Source: Octopus vulgaris (lineage: Eukaryota). Taken from it: a DNA stretch of 64,000 bases. The notes under the pieces are model-generated. The model saw nothing but the letters and a program-made list of their open reading frames with translations. It was not told the DNA's origin and ran no database searches. The stretch lies in contig OX597814.1 of NCBI GenBank assembly GCA_951406725.2, positions 108,128,001-108,192,000 on the forward strand, written 5' to 3'. Shown here in pieces: positions 63,626 through 64,000 of the stretch. Position 1 is the first letter of the stretch; each line of letters opens with the position of its first letter. A program made the position numbers and the translations under genes.

Positions 63626-64000
63626 GTTTAAGAATTATATATATATATAAATGGCGGTGCCCCAGCATGGCCGCAGCTCATGAGCTGAAACTAAATAAAA
63701 TAAAATAAAAAATATCATCATCATCATCGTTTAACGTCCACTTTCCATGCTAGCATGGGTTGGACGATTTGACTGAGTGCTGGCGAACCAGATGGCTGCA
63801 CCAGCCATGTGTGTGTGTGTGTGTATGTATGTATATACCCTTGTCCTGACATCATATGATAGCTGTAAACAAGTATCATCATTATATAAGCAACATAGCA
63901 TGTTTCCTGTAAACAGGTGAAGGTCAGCAACAAGAAGGGCATTCTGCCATAGGAAATCTGCCTCAACAAATCCAGTCTGAGCCATGTAGGCATGGGGGAA

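Overview
Eukaryotic, AT-rich, repeat-saturated DNA. The SINE, RTE and microsatellite content looks like an Octopus/cephalopod genome (inference). Only one host coding exon is supportable: the first coding exon of an RSPRY1 orthologue on the minus strand (exon 19354-19922, ATG at 19724, N-terminus MGTCLCK). No further RSPRY1 exon was found in 1-19353, so that stretch is probably one long intron. The rest is layered transposon debris: RTE-clade LINEs with a PHD finger inside the RT C-terminal region, a decayed Penelope-like element (PLE), tRNA-derived SINEs, hAT/mariner/Tc1/piggyBac-type MITEs, Helitron/Helentron derivatives, foldbacks and purine-rich tandem arrays. The most striking unannotated signal is a set of minimal, PLE-type hammerhead ribozyme motifs. 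Two of these lie in copies (about 21.1-21.4 kb and 36.3-36.6 kb) of a short element joining a tRNA-like Pol III head to a hammerhead tail with PLE-style inverted ends, i.e. a candidate Penelope-mobilised, ribozyme-carrying SINE. Everything was read by eye: repeat boundaries are approximate and no database search was run.
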